Origin: Rebecca billardiae RCC1528
Taxonomy: Eukaryota; Protista; Haptophyta
Direction of reading: 5' to 3'
Length of the DNA stretch: 64,000 nucleotides
Assembly (NCBI GenBank): GCA_965240325.2
Contig: OZ251246.1
Span: 186,001 to 250,000 of the forward strand
The notes below the pieces were generated by a model. The model had not been told where the DNA came from and searched no databases. It saw only the letters and a list, made by a program, of their open reading frames with translations. The translations under genes and the position numbers were made by a program. Every line of letters begins with the position of its first letter. Position 1 is the first letter of the stretch. Of the stretch, positions 36,213 through 47,393 are shown piece by piece.

Positions 36213-38024
36213 GACACTCAGTTATGGCCCGCGGTGCAGGGCGGAGCGCGCAGCGTGGAGCCCGCTCCGGCTCCGTGGGCCCTAACCACGTTTAAAAAGA
36301 TCTTTGATCAAAGAAAAAAGGGATGGGCTGCCATGGGGGACGATTTTCAGGGCTGGAGGAGACCGAGTTTCGAATTTTGAGACCGCAAGAGACATCCATT
36401 GCAGCGAGAAATGGACGCGTCCGCTCTTTTGATAGTCAGAGGAATCAACGAAACCCACGTCCAAGTGTGCGAGGGTGGGTAATTGTGGGTAGACTGTGAG
36501 GCCATAGTAAATAAGCACATGACCATAGTAAAACAAGCATATAGTCAGTTATAACAGGCCTCGCTGCCGCTACTAGGCGCGCGCCAGACACGGAGCGCGC
36601 GCACCAGTCAGTGACCAGTTGCGTCGCGCTGCGCACGGAGCATGATGGCAGCATGCGCGCCCGAGATCGCGGCGGGGGCGGCGAGATCGCGGCGGGGGCG
36701 ACGGGCAACAGCCTGCCCGCGGGCGCGTTCGTCACTCGAGGAGCAGCGCGCAAGGGCGAGCCGAGTCCGGAGCACGCGAGCTCGTCGCTCGCCGCCCGGA
36801 GCAGAGCGACCGCCGAGCGAGCCGCGCGGCACGGAGCTGATGAGCCGGATGCGCCCGGAGCTCGCGCGGCTGAAGGGCGAGCTCAAGCACGCGCGCGAGC
36901 TCGCGCCTCGACGCTGAGCGCGAGCTCCTCCTCAACTCGGTCGACGGCGGCGCGGAGGTGCAGCAGCGTGAGGACGAGCAGGAGCATCAGTGAAACGCGC
37001 GCCGGTTCCGGGTCGCGCAGCGGCGCCCAGCTGCCTGCACGCGAGCGGCGGCCACGTGGCGCGAGGAGCTGCGTGGGGAAATCGCCGCGCGCGTCGACGC
37101 GGCGATCACCGGGCTGCAGGCCTCGGCAATCGACGCGGTGCGCACCCTCGCCGCCAGCCACGACGACTCCGCCGTCGAGCTGCAGCAGCTGCGCGCGCAG
37201 ATGCCAGAAGTGCCGATGGGCGGCGGCGTTACCCGCGGCGTGATCAGCAGGCTGACGTGCACGAGCACGTGACACGCGGAGGCGCTACGCGCCAAGCTGG
37301 CGAAGTGCGGCGCCGAGCTCGACGAGCTGAGCGACGCGGCAACGGACGCGCTGGGCGCCCGCGCTGCCATCGTCGCGGCGCCCTCCAGCAGCTCGAGCAG
37401 CTGTGGATAGATAGATGGCTGTCGAGGCGACCGCGGGTGTGACTCACAGTGTGAGTGAGTCGCGCGCGGCTCAGCCTGCCGCTGGCAGCCGCCGTCTTCG
37501 AGGCCGACGCGGCGGAGGAGGCGGCGGGCGAGCACGGCGGCGCGGTGGAGCAGGCGCGCACGCGCGGCGGCAGGCGCGACGCGCCGCTCGCCTCGTTCCA
37601 CAGCCCCGAGCTCCGCTCGGTCCAGCGGTCTCGGTGCGAGGCTGCGCAGCCGGCAGGCCGGGGCCAGCAGTGGCGCGCGCTCTCGCTCTGCCGGCACGAG
37701 CGACCAGCGGCCCGTCGTCGAGCGCATGGCGCAGGGCGAGTACCTCAAGCAGGTGCGCCCGCTCGCGCGCACGCGCCGGCTCGCGCCGCGCCAGCGCCTC
37801 TCGCCCTGCCTGCGCGCGCGCGCCGGCCGCGGCTAGTCCCCGCGGCGGCCCGCGGCGACAGTCCTCGGCCCGCCGGCCCGGTGGGCGGCAGTGACTGAGT
37901 TGGCGGTGGCAGCTCAGGCGAACTGTTACACATGTCAGACTGAGACAGCAGCCGACGGAGGGTGCACCGCGGGCCCCGAACTACGTTCGTTCTACGGAAA
38001 AAGACCGCGGAACGCGGTCATATA
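36213..38024 (+). mobile_element. Non-autonomous Helentron/Helitron2-like element, copy 1
   Basis: 5' GGCCCGCGGTGCA (36226-36238) is inverted at a subterminal site (37963-37975), followed by hairpin GACCGCG-GAA-CGCGGTC (38003-38019). Both ends and ~37270-38024 are homologous to 60801-62754. No TSD seen. Confidence 0.65.
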
Positions 38025-38774
38025 GATTCCCTATAACGCCACATATATGTGGCGTTATAGCGGAGCTATGTAATTCCGAGGGTGTCCGGCGGCAGAATAG
38101 GTGACTTGCCGCTGCTGGTGGTCAAGAGCTCTCTCCCTCCAACTGCCGTACAAGATCCTGCAGGTCCTTTCTGCTGATGGTAACCAGCGTTCCAAATAAA
38201 AGTGCTCGCTCATCATTTTTGTACCAGCTCCCAACATCATATCATATCTTGGGTGCGCATGCTGAGCATATTCTATATGAGTCGTTTACCGCTACCGACT
38301 TGACTCGCGGCCTTCCTCTCTCTCACGTGCGCGGACCTCTCCATAAAAGCGCTAGCTCTACTTATGTACCCGCTCCTATCTACTTCGAGCCCGAGACCGT
38401 ACCTGCTACAAAGTAGCTAGGTGTCGTCGGGCAGCTTCTCATTCCAACCGTCTGCAAGTCGATCGTCATCGACTACGGCTCATTTGTCGTTGCTGCGCAC
38501 TCACCTCCGGCGCCGACGAGCTATTCCGCATCGGCCCTGCTGCTTGCTTTGCTCATCAACAGCAGCCTCGTAGTTGCTCGCCTCGCTGCCATTTTGCTGG
38601 CGGCGCACCCGGCGCACAGTCTGGCACCGTCGGCTCAGTCGCTCTTCCCGTTCAGCCCGGAACCAAATCCCCCAAACTCAAGTATGATACATCATCATGT
38701 TTGTATGTGTACCTGCGCATCGTGCCGATTAGCGATGCGACTTCGGCAGCGGCTGAGTCGCTCTTTGTGCAGGA

Positions 38775-38777
<3 letters not shown>

Positions 38778-38837
<60 letters not shown>

Positions 38838-38860
38838 AGAGATCTGATATATATATATAT
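38778..38860. repeat. Compound (CA)n(GA)n...(TA)n microsatellite
   Basis: Directly visible dinucleotide runs. Confidence 0.95.
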
Positions 38861-40277
38861 TAATTAGTAGTAGTATATGTATATATATAAGTATAATACG
38901 ACAAATCGTGGCGGCGCGGTCCGCGGGTTACGCCCATCGTCGCATGTTGGCGTTGCTGAATGCTGATCCGATCACGCGTCGTCACGCGGTCCGCGATCAT
39001 CATCGATCGACATCGTCATCCGCCGCCGCGGCGGTGCCGCGGCGCGGTCCGTACATCACAGGACGCAGTCATAGTCCGGTCGTCTGGCAGCCCGGCGCCC
39101 TGCTGGGACCAAGTCTCTGTCCAAGTGCGCTGATGATGCTACGACGATCGGCCGGCGGCACTACTACTGCTCTGTACGATCGACCGACTGCGCTATAGTA
39201 CTCCGGGGCCGCGTACTCTGGCAGCGCGCCAGGTCGCGAACGGTAGTCATCGTCGATCACGTATACCCGGTCCGCGTAGTAGTTAGTATAGTGTAGCAGT
39301 GACGATTATATTCGCGCGCGCTCGTGATACTGATATACGACTGATATAGATAGAGCAGCATCAGTGACTATGAAGGCGTCTGCGACAGGCGACGACACTG
39401 ATCCTGACTCTGACAGCGCCCGCCGACGACTCGAGTCGTAGTCGTCAGTCGGTGTGGCAGCAGGCCGTGCCCGAGCGACCAGGCCGGCAGGCCCGGACCA
39501 GGGCCTCTGGCTCTCACTCCCACGGGTGCGGGCACGCGTGCCCGTTCGAGCATGGCGGTGCCCCGCCTCGCTCGCGACCGGGCGCACCGGCGCATGCCCT
39601 CTCGCGGGCCCAACCTCGGCTGCGTGCCGCGTGGGCGGCTGCCTCTCCCAGCAGGAAGGCTTTTCTTGCCCTCCCACCCTAAAGTCTACAGACCGTTTGA
39701 CTTTGAGTCCGCCGGTGCTGAGGTGGCCGCATGGCCTAGGGCTGCGGTGCGTTGGCTGGCAGGGGCGGTGGCCCTCGCGGCCTCGGCCGCTCTCGGCGCC
39801 GCGCCTCCCCTGTTTCGCGTTGGGGAGGGCGCCGGTCGCTTGCGCTCCGCATGCATCGTCCAGCTTGGCCTCTGTCAGAGTTGTCATCGAGTCTGTCGTG
39901 TACGGCCTCTAGGCGGCGTGTATTATAATATATATATATATAGGCAGCGTGCTGCTATCAGTCGGCGTTGCTTCTATCGAGTCCTTCCTGCACGGCGCCC
40001 GTGTACGGCACGTGGCGGTGTCGTAGCTGCACGCGTCGGCTCCTTCTGGGGACAGTCTGTCTCCCCACCGCCGTCCGCCTCGTAGTCTACGCTGCTATCA
40101 ACACCACGCACTTCAAAAGATCGTCTCAATCTGGGGCTGCCGAGCATATATATATATACACATCGTCACTACACACAAATGATCGATGGTGATCGGCTGC
40201 TTGCGACAGGCTTAGTGCCGCCATCATGGACAGCATCGGTCTCAGTAGCATCATCGTCACCCCCTGCTGTCATCAGC

Positions 40278-41634
40278 TTAAACATCGTCGTCAGTGGACC
40301 CATCATCGTCATCGTGCTGTGTCTCATCGCTGTCATCATCGTTGTCGCCGCGGTTGGCATCAGCGCTGAGGCGCATTTCTGCTGATGATGATGCCGGTGG
40401 CCGAAGACGAAGCGTGACGACGGTCGAGGCGCCTGGATCGCCCTCGTCGTCTACCGTGTACTGCCCGTCGCCGCCTCCGCCGTGCGCGGACCAGCTTGGC
40501 GCGCTCGTGCGGAGCAGCCGAGCGCGGATCAGCATGTCCGCCCTCTCCGCTTCGAGGCGAGCCAGGCGCTCCTTCAGCCGCTCGCGCCGCTCGAGCGCCT
40601 TGGCCTCCACGCGGCGCCGGACATCGGCCATTTGCGCGGCCTCGCCGAGCTCCAGCAACGCCGCGTGGTCGTCGACGCCAGCGCGCGTCGCCGGCCCAGC
40701 CGATGGCGCAGGTGCTGGCGCGTGCATGCGGGCAAAGAAGGCGCATCGGCACACGCGGCCATCCTCCGCATCGGCCGAAGCGCCGCGGCGGAGCGAGGCG
40801 CCCGTAAGCATGTACCGCGTCTCGGGCGGAATGCATATCCAGTCGCCGGCCGAGAGCTCGAGCGTCCTGACGTCCGGCCCGACGGGCACGCTCGGCGCGC
40901 GGCGCGTCGCAGACTCGTCGTCAGCATCGTCCTCCGCGTCCGAGCTCGCCTCGGCGCGCGCGCGCTGCATGTGCAGCCACGCGGCACCTTCGAGCACGCG
41001 CAGCGCGACGAGGCCGTCGTGGGTGTACCGCCACGGCTTGATGGCGGTCGGCCCGACCATCAGCTCGCCCGCGTCCCAGTCTGCCGTCTCCTTGAACACG
41101 TGCGCGACAGCACACGTGCCTGCGCCGAGCGCATGCATGCGCGCGCGCGCGCGCATGCACACCCGCGGTCAGGCGCGCTCGCGAGTCGAGGGCGCGGCCG
41201 CGCACGACGCGCGCGCATTCGACATGCTCGCGCGCGACTCTCAGAGCGCGCTCGCGCGTGCCTGTTTCCGCGTCGAACGCTTCCGCGGCCTGGCCCTCCG
41301 CCTCGGCCAACGCTTCAATCTCCGCAGGCTCGCGCCAGACGAGTCCGTGCTGCGAGACGTGCTCGACAAAGCCCGTGCGGCGCGAGTTTGCATCGTGCGG
41401 AGAACGTGTCGCCGTGCGCTCTCGCTCGCGCTTGAGGATGCCGCGACGCGGCACGGTTTGCGCGGCCTGACAGGGAAGCGCGTTGATCGGTTGAGTGGCG
41501 TTCGCGGCGTGATCGACGTGCGAGCGCGGCGGCGCGCGCTCATCCGTCTCGGCCTTGTCGGGCGCGAAGAGCGCGCTTGCTTCGTCCGCAGCGGTGTTAT
41601 CGATGCGCGCGAGCGCGCGCGAGCGCTTCGTCAT
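40278..41634 (-). CDS. Cupin-domain protein (resembles the CENP-C/Mif2 C-terminal cupin)
   Basis: Exons 41634-41163 and 41119-40278, joined by a 43-nt GT..AG intron that restores frame. Motifs DAGELMVGPTAIKP..LRVLEG and LELSAGDWICIPPETRYML, then a coiled coil and an acidic tail. Confidence 0.55.
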
Positions 41635-41805
41635 CACGTCTAGATGCTCGTGCGCGCGCCCGCCAAGTGCTCCGTCGGTCGTCGTGAGCAGTCCGCTCGC
41701 GCGCTCGCGCTGTGCTGACGACGGGTACAGTACCCGCGGGTTTCGTCGGTACTGTACAGGGCAGTACAGCAGAGTCCAGTGGCGGCTGGTGAGCACGGAT
41801 GCACG

Positions 41806-42876
41806 ATGTCGCACAAGAAGGACCACGGCGGCACGCACTTCACGTCGTGGGCGCAGGAGCTGGCCAAGGCGGGGCTGCGCGAGCCCACGAGCGCCATCGC
41901 CTTTTCGCCCGACGGGGCGCACGTCGGCGTGGCGACGGCCGCCGGCTGCCGCATCCTCGCCACGGACGACCTTCGGCCGCTAGATGCGACGGCCGACGGC
42001 AACGCCGCGCTGGCCGTCCGGATTTCGCACGGCGGATTCGCGGTCGTGGGGCGGGCGGATGGCACCGCCCACGTGTACAGCGCAGGCGTGCGCGCGCCCG
42101 CGCCCACGCTTGTGCTCGACGGCCACGCCGGCCCCGTCGTCAGCGTGGCCATCTCGCCTGGGTTTGCGGGCGCACGTGACCAGCCGGAGCGCATCGCGAC
42201 AGCGTCGGCGGATGGCACCGCGCGCGTGTGGCAGGTGGCACGGGGCGCATGCGTGGGGCTGCTGACGGGGCACACCGGCCCGCTGAGCTGCGTCGACTTC
42301 TCCGCCGACGGTACGCGCATCGTGACCGCTGCGGCCGACGGCACGGCGCGCGTGTGGGCCACGCCCGCTGCCAGCGCCTCCGGCCGAGACGACCCGGTCG
42401 CGTGCGTGGCTGTGCTGCGCGGCCACGCGGGCGCGCTGTCCGTCGCGCGCTTCGGCGCGAAGCGCCACGCGAGCGTGGTCGTGACCGGCTCGTCCGACGC
42501 GACCGCACGCGTCTGGGACCTTCGGGCGGGCGGCCAAGGCGGCCAAGGATACGCTGGGAGGCAGCACACGCCCAGCGTGGCGGCGGGCGCGGCTGCGCCG
42601 CTCGACGTCGCGCCAGCGTCCGTGCTCGAGTGCGGTCGCACCGCGGGCGTGGTCGACCTCGCCCTTGGCGAGAACGCCGAGACGCTGTGCACAGCCTCGG
42701 CGGATGGCTCGATGCGCCTGTGGACGCTGCGCGACGGCAAGCTGGCCCGCACACTCACCGCCGGCGGCGAGGCCGCAGCCGTGGCCTTCTCGGCGACCAA
42801 GCTCGTGACGGCGACAACCAAGGGCACGATCAAAGTCTGGGGCATCGTGCCGAGCGGGGGCCGCCCGCGGGCGTGA
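41806..42876 (+). CDS. WD40-repeat protein
   Basis: Single exon with repeated GH...(T)(A/G)SxDxTARVW motifs, e.g. GHAGPVVSV..TASADGTARVW and TGSSDATARVWD. Confidence 0.9.
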   Translation: MSHKKDHGGTHFTSWAQELAKAGLREPTSAIAFSPDGAHVGVATAAGCRILATDDLRPLDATADGNAALAVRISHGGFAVVGRADGTAHVYSAGVRAPAPTLVLDGHAGPVVSVAISPGFAGARDQPERIATASADGTARVWQVARGACVGLLTGHTGPLSCVDFSADGTRIVTAAADGTARVWATPAASASGRDDPVACVAVLRGHAGALSVARFGAKRHASVVVTGSSDATARVWDLRAGGQGGQGYAGRQHTPSVAAGAAAPLDVAPASVLECGRTAGVVDLALGENAETLCTASADGSMRLWTLRDGKLARTLTAGGEAAAVAFSATKLVTATTKGTIKVWGIVPSGGRPRA

Positions 42877-43696
42877 CGCGGATCGATGCGCTCGCGCTTC
42901 CCGTGGGCAGCACTACCCAGGTCCGCGCGATCGCCACGTATCATCATCGCCCCTGGCCGGACAACTTGTGAATGTCCTGCTCATCACGACATCAGGTGTG
43001 CAGTGTGAGTGCGGCAGGCATCAAGTGAACCAGAGCGTGCTCGTCGTGCAGAAGCTTCGACTGATGAGGGTCGAATAATCCTATCATATTCTCAGAAAGT
43101 CAGAAGGACTCAAAACTTCATGGATTGCACTTTGAAAGCATGAGAAGGGACCAGAGTTCTTGCTAAGTGAAGTCATCAATGTGTCCGCCGAACATTCGTG
43201 TCGTTTAAAGCCAATTACAAATTGGCATCCGAAATTTCAAGGCGAGCGCGCGGCGACCACGTTCCGTCACAGATAGGACAGGGTGGACCCTTGATCGACC
43301 TATCAAGATCAAAGTTGGCATTGTGTATTGAATCGTTGATAATGGAGGAATTCGGGCCGTTCAGCATGACCCGCCACGTTTGAACTCATTGGCCGACAAC
43401 TCATCGCCAGGGTACTCATATTTGCCGAAGATGACGAAGCTGATTGAGACCACCGCGAGCGACCTTCTCCTGACTCTGAGCCGCACAGGTTTGGGTCGCG
43501 AGCGGCCCACACCTGAGTCGCCCGAAGAATCCCACTACTGGACTCGTAGCTAGACCCAACGACCAATTGGCTGCGCGGGTGAGCGTCGATCTCCACGCGC
43601 CAGCAGCACCACCCACCAATCCACACCAGAGCGAGCGCGCTCTCGGCGACGGCATCGCGCTCGCCCTCCTCGCCTGCCACCCCGCCCGCCCGCGCG

Positions 43697-45508
43697 ATGC
43701 ATCTCGTTCCTCCCGAGTGCATCGCCAGCACCCGCGCGACGGCGGCGTGCCAGCTCGTCACGCTCGTCCTTCTCGGCGCGACGATCGTCCGCCTCTACCT
43801 CGCCGCCGTGCGCGCGCGCGCCGAGCTCGCCACCGCGCGCAGCGCGATGCGCTTCTGGTCCCACGAGTCGAAGAACGCCCTGCTCGGCGCGCTCGCCACC
43901 GTCGACGCGGCGCACGGCGCGCTCATCGATTCCGCCTCGCCGCCTGATGGCGACGAGGCCGCCGCGAGCGCGAGCGGGGCCGCGGACGACGTGGCGCGTG
44001 CCACCGCCTTGCTCGCCGACGTGTCTTCCGAGATTCACACCACCCTGGATGACCTCATCGACACGGCGCGCGCCACCGCGCTCGCCGCCGGCACGTACCG
44101 CGCGCAGCCAGTGCCGACCGACCTGCGCGCGATGCTCGGCGCGTCGGCGCGCGCCGCGGGCTGCGGCGCGCGGCACGCGCTGCGCGTGAGCGTCGAGGGC
44201 GATCTCCAGCCGGCGCACGTGCTCATCGACGCGGACATCCTCCGCCACGCGCACGCCAACGCGCTCTCCAACGCGCGCAAGTACGGGGCGCCCGACACGC
44301 CGATCGTCACGCGCGCACACGTGACGCTCGCGGGCGAGCTGCGGCTCAGCGTGACCAACGCGCCGGGCGCGGGTCACACGAGCCTGTGCAGCCTGGGCGC
44401 GCTGGGCGCCGCCGAGCTGCTCGCCACGCCCGGCTCGCGCGCGGGCTTCCACCGCGCGCACGAGAGCGCCGCCGTCGCGCACGCGTCCGCGGGCGACGGC
44501 GGTTGGATCATGGCCACGTGCGTGCGCGTGCTCGGCGGCGCGATGCGGCTCGAGGCGCGCTCCGCCGAGGTGCAGTGGGCGCTCACGTGCCCCGCGCCGC
44601 TCACGCTGCTCCCGCCGCGCGCCAAGCCCGTCCTGGCGCAGCCGCGCTCGCCGTGTGACGTCGGCGCCCCCGCCGCCGCGCCGCGCTCGCCACCGCCGCG
44701 GGCGCCGCGCTCGCCCCCGTCGGCGGCGCACGCAGAGTCAGACCAAGGGTGTCCGGCAGACGCCCTCTCCCGGCTCCGCCCGCGGCAGTTGGAGAAGCCG
44801 GACTCTGCCGACGAGCACTCGCCCTCGCCGCCCGCGCGGCGGCGGCGGCACGCGTCGTGCGGCGCCGACGACGCCTTCTGCCTCCCGCCGCACGCGTACG
44901 TCCTCTGCCTCGACGACTCGCGCATGCAGCGCGCGCTGCTCGAGCGCACGGTGCCGGATGCGCTCGGCGTGCCCGCGGCGCGCGTGCTCGTCCGCGGCAA
45001 GGACGCGTCCGAGATCGGCGAGTTCGGCGCGCTCGTGCAGCGGATGGTGCGCGCGGAGCCCGAGGCGGCGTTCCTCGTGCTCGCCGACGAGCACCTCGGC
45101 TGCCCCGGCGCGAGCCTGCGCCACGGCTCCGCCGCATGCGCAGCGCCCCGCGTCGACGAGGCGTCGCTGTCGGGCTCGCGCATCATCGGCGCTGTGCGCA
45201 AGGCGCTCGGGCCGTCGCTCGAGCGGCGCACGCTGTGCGTCGTGCGCACCGCCGCCGACTCGGACGAGGCCGAAGCGTACGCGCGCGCCGGGCTGGCGCA
45301 CGCCGTGGTCACCAAGGGACGCAACAGCGCCTCGAGCCTGCGCGCCGCCCTCGAGCCGCTGTGGCGGCAGCGCTTCACGGCCGCCGACGGCGGCGGGGCG
45401 CGGCGACTCTCGAGCGCCCAGGGCTCCGACTCCTCCGGCTCCGAGTCGTCCTCGTGCTCCGGCTCGACCGCCTCGCCCAACTTTCGACGGCGACTGGCAA
45501 CCACGTGA
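43697..45508 (+). CDS. Hybrid histidine kinase (TM, HisKA, HATPase, receiver)
   Basis: N-terminal hydrophobic helix, H-box FWSHESKNAL, N-box NALSNARKYG, G2-like AGDGGWIM, receiver LCLDDS..LADEHL..VRTA..VVTK. The true start may lie further upstream. Confidence 0.8.
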   Translation: MHLVPPECIASTRATAACQLVTLVLLGATIVRLYLAAVRARAELATARSAMRFWSHESKNALLGALATVDAAHGALIDSASPPDGDEAAASASGAADDVARATALLADVSSEIHTTLDDLIDTARATALAAGTYRAQPVPTDLRAMLGASARAAGCGARHALRVSVEGDLQPAHVLIDADILRHAHANALSNARKYGAPDTPIVTRAHVTLAGELRLSVTNAPGAGHTSLCSLGALGAAELLATPGSRAGFHRAHESAAVAHASAGDGGWIMATCVRVLGGAMRLEARSAEVQWALTCPAPLTLLPPRAKPVLAQPRSPCDVGAPAAAPRSPPPRAPRSPPSAAHAESDQGCPADALSRLRPRQLEKPDSADEHSPSPPARRRRHASCGADDAFCLPPHAYVLCLDDSRMQRALLERTVPDALGVPAARVLVRGKDASEIGEFGALVQRMVRAEPEAAFLVLADEHLGCPGASLRHGSAACAAPRVDEASLSGSRIIGAVRKALGPSLERRTLCVVRTAADSDEAEAYARAGLAHAVVTKGRNSASSLRAALEPLWRQRFTAADGGGARRLSSAQGSDSSGSESSSCSGSTASPNFRRRLATT

Positions 45509-46290
45509 TGGCTGGGCGAGCGCAGTCGATGCGCGGAGCGCCGACGAGTCACGCCCACAACGCGCAACGCGACTTTCTCACGACGGCTGCGACGGCGATG
45601 GCTGAGGCTGCTGCTCGCGCAGTGTGGCGATGCAGGGCATTGGGTTGCGGGGCGCTTTTCGCGCGCGCAGCGTGGCCGCGTGCTGCCTCATCCGCCGCGA
45701 AGCGCGGGCTATCATGGGCGGCGGACCATCCCGGACCTACGACGACTGATGGGCTGGCCGGCCCGCCCGGTCTCGCGGTCTCGGACTCGGAGTCGGTGCC
45801 AGCAGTCCGGCGAGCGGTAGCTGGGTTGCTCGCCTGCTCCGAAGCAGATCTATGACTCAGTGTCGTCGCGTGACGACCCACGATGAGTGCGCGCTGCTGC
45901 TAGCTATATGGCGAGTGTGAGCGCGACGAAGATATTATTATATTTAATTTAAAATATATAATATATATATATATATGAATCGTATTGTAATATATATATA
46001 GTAATTTATTATAAATAAATTAAAATAATTAATAGGAGCCGCGCCTGCTACTGACTCTGAGGCCTGATGCTGATGATGAACGTCGATCAAAGTCTACTGC
46101 TGCGTGATGATCGAGTGATGTCGATGAGCGCCCTGCGGCCGCGGAGTGCCAGAGTGCGGACCCTGCTGGCGGCTGCGGCCTGCGCCGGCCGGCGGCCGCG
46201 CGTGGCAGCGGGCGCGACGCAGCCCGTGACGACGCTGCCACAGTCCGCCCGCGAGCTGCGCATCGCGTCCCTCTGGCCCCGCCGCGCGCC

Positions 46291-47263
46291 TCACAGCAGC
46301 GGCGCCAGCCGGTTCTCCAGCTTGTTGTACATGTCGCGGTACCAGTGGCGGCACACGTTGAGAAACAGCACCTCGCGCGGCGCCGCCGACCTGTTGGCGG
46401 CGCCGCGGTGCAGCACGCGGCCGTCGAAGACGATGAGCGAGCCGAGCGGGCAGTCGAAGGCGTGGGCGGGCAGCGCGCGCGCGGCGTTGGCCTTGACGTG
46501 GCTGCTCGGCTGGAACTCCGTCGGCCCGTTCCCGGCCGCGTGGCTGACCGCGCACAGCGGCACGAACACAGCTATGAAGTGCGGCGGCAGGTGCGCCGGG
46601 TGGGCGAACAGATGCGGCACGTCCTGATGCCAGCGCTGCTCGGCGGCGCCGGGCTCGGCGGCGACGAGGCCGGCGGTCTCGACGCGCGCCTTCGGCCCGA
46701 GCAGCTTGCGCAGCGCAGACACCAGCCGCTCGTCCGCGAGCACGCCGCCCGCGCCCGGCGAGAACGGGTGCGCCGACGGGTCGAAGTTGAGCTCGGAACG
46801 GCNNNNNNNNNNNNNNNNNNNNNNNNNNNNNNNNNNNNNNNNNNNNNNNNNNNNNNNNNNNNNNNNNNNNNNNNNNNNNNNNNNNNNNNNNNNNNNNNNN
46901 NNTGAGCTCGGAACGGCCCAGGTTTCGATTTCGGCTCGACGTCACCTCGCCCTCGCGGCGCATGCGCGCGAGCTCCGCGGCCCATGCGCGGACGCGCACC
47001 GGGTCGAAGAACTCGGGCACGCAGCACACGCCGTGCGCGCGCACGGCGAGGGCGATCGCCTCAGCATCCTCCGGCCCGCCGGTCGCGCGCACCACCGCAG
47101 GCGGCACTTTGGCCGCGCCGTCCAGGCATGCCGCCGTGGGGCCGGCAGGCTGCGCTCGTCGGCGGCGGCGAGTGATGGAGAGCACAGCACGAACGGCGCA
47201 CGCACCCACGACGAGCGCCGCCGCCGTGGCGAGCTGGCGCGGTGTGCTCCACGAGTGGGCCAT
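46291..47263 (-). CDS. Phytanoyl-CoA dioxygenase (PhyH)-family Fe(II)/2OG oxygenase, ~285 aa after gap closure
   Basis: QRWHQD (HxD), NGPTEFQPSSH and FDGRVLHRGAANRS; N-terminal hydrophobic anchor. The frame is continuous if the 15-nt overlap across the N gap is merged. Confidence 0.85.
46803..46902. other. 100-N assembly gap
   Basis: Run of 100 N, flanked on both sides by the same 15-mer TGAGCTCGGAACGGC. Confidence 0.99.
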
Positions 47264-47393
47264 GCTTTAGCCCGGGTCAGAAGCGGGGCCGCGCGCCATC
47301 GTGCGGACTGCGGAGTGAAGTGCCACGCGGGTGCCAGTGCATCACGGCAGTGATGACTACCCGACAGTTTAGTTGATCAGCAATCGGCGCAGC

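Noticed and set aside
38060-38420. Possible decayed Ty3/gypsy integrase tail (PYKILQV, YQLPTSYHI)
   Set aside because: Only short motifs in different frames, with no LTR or catalytic core; not supportable without a search.
38900-40270. Short overlapping ORFs in intergenic DNA
   Set aside because: No motifs, splice-consistent model or coding-like pattern; expected by chance at this GC content.
43055-43110. CTGATGAG...GAAA hammerhead-like core
   Set aside because: The base before GAAA cannot close stem II, and I found no consistent stems I/III or cleavage triplet.
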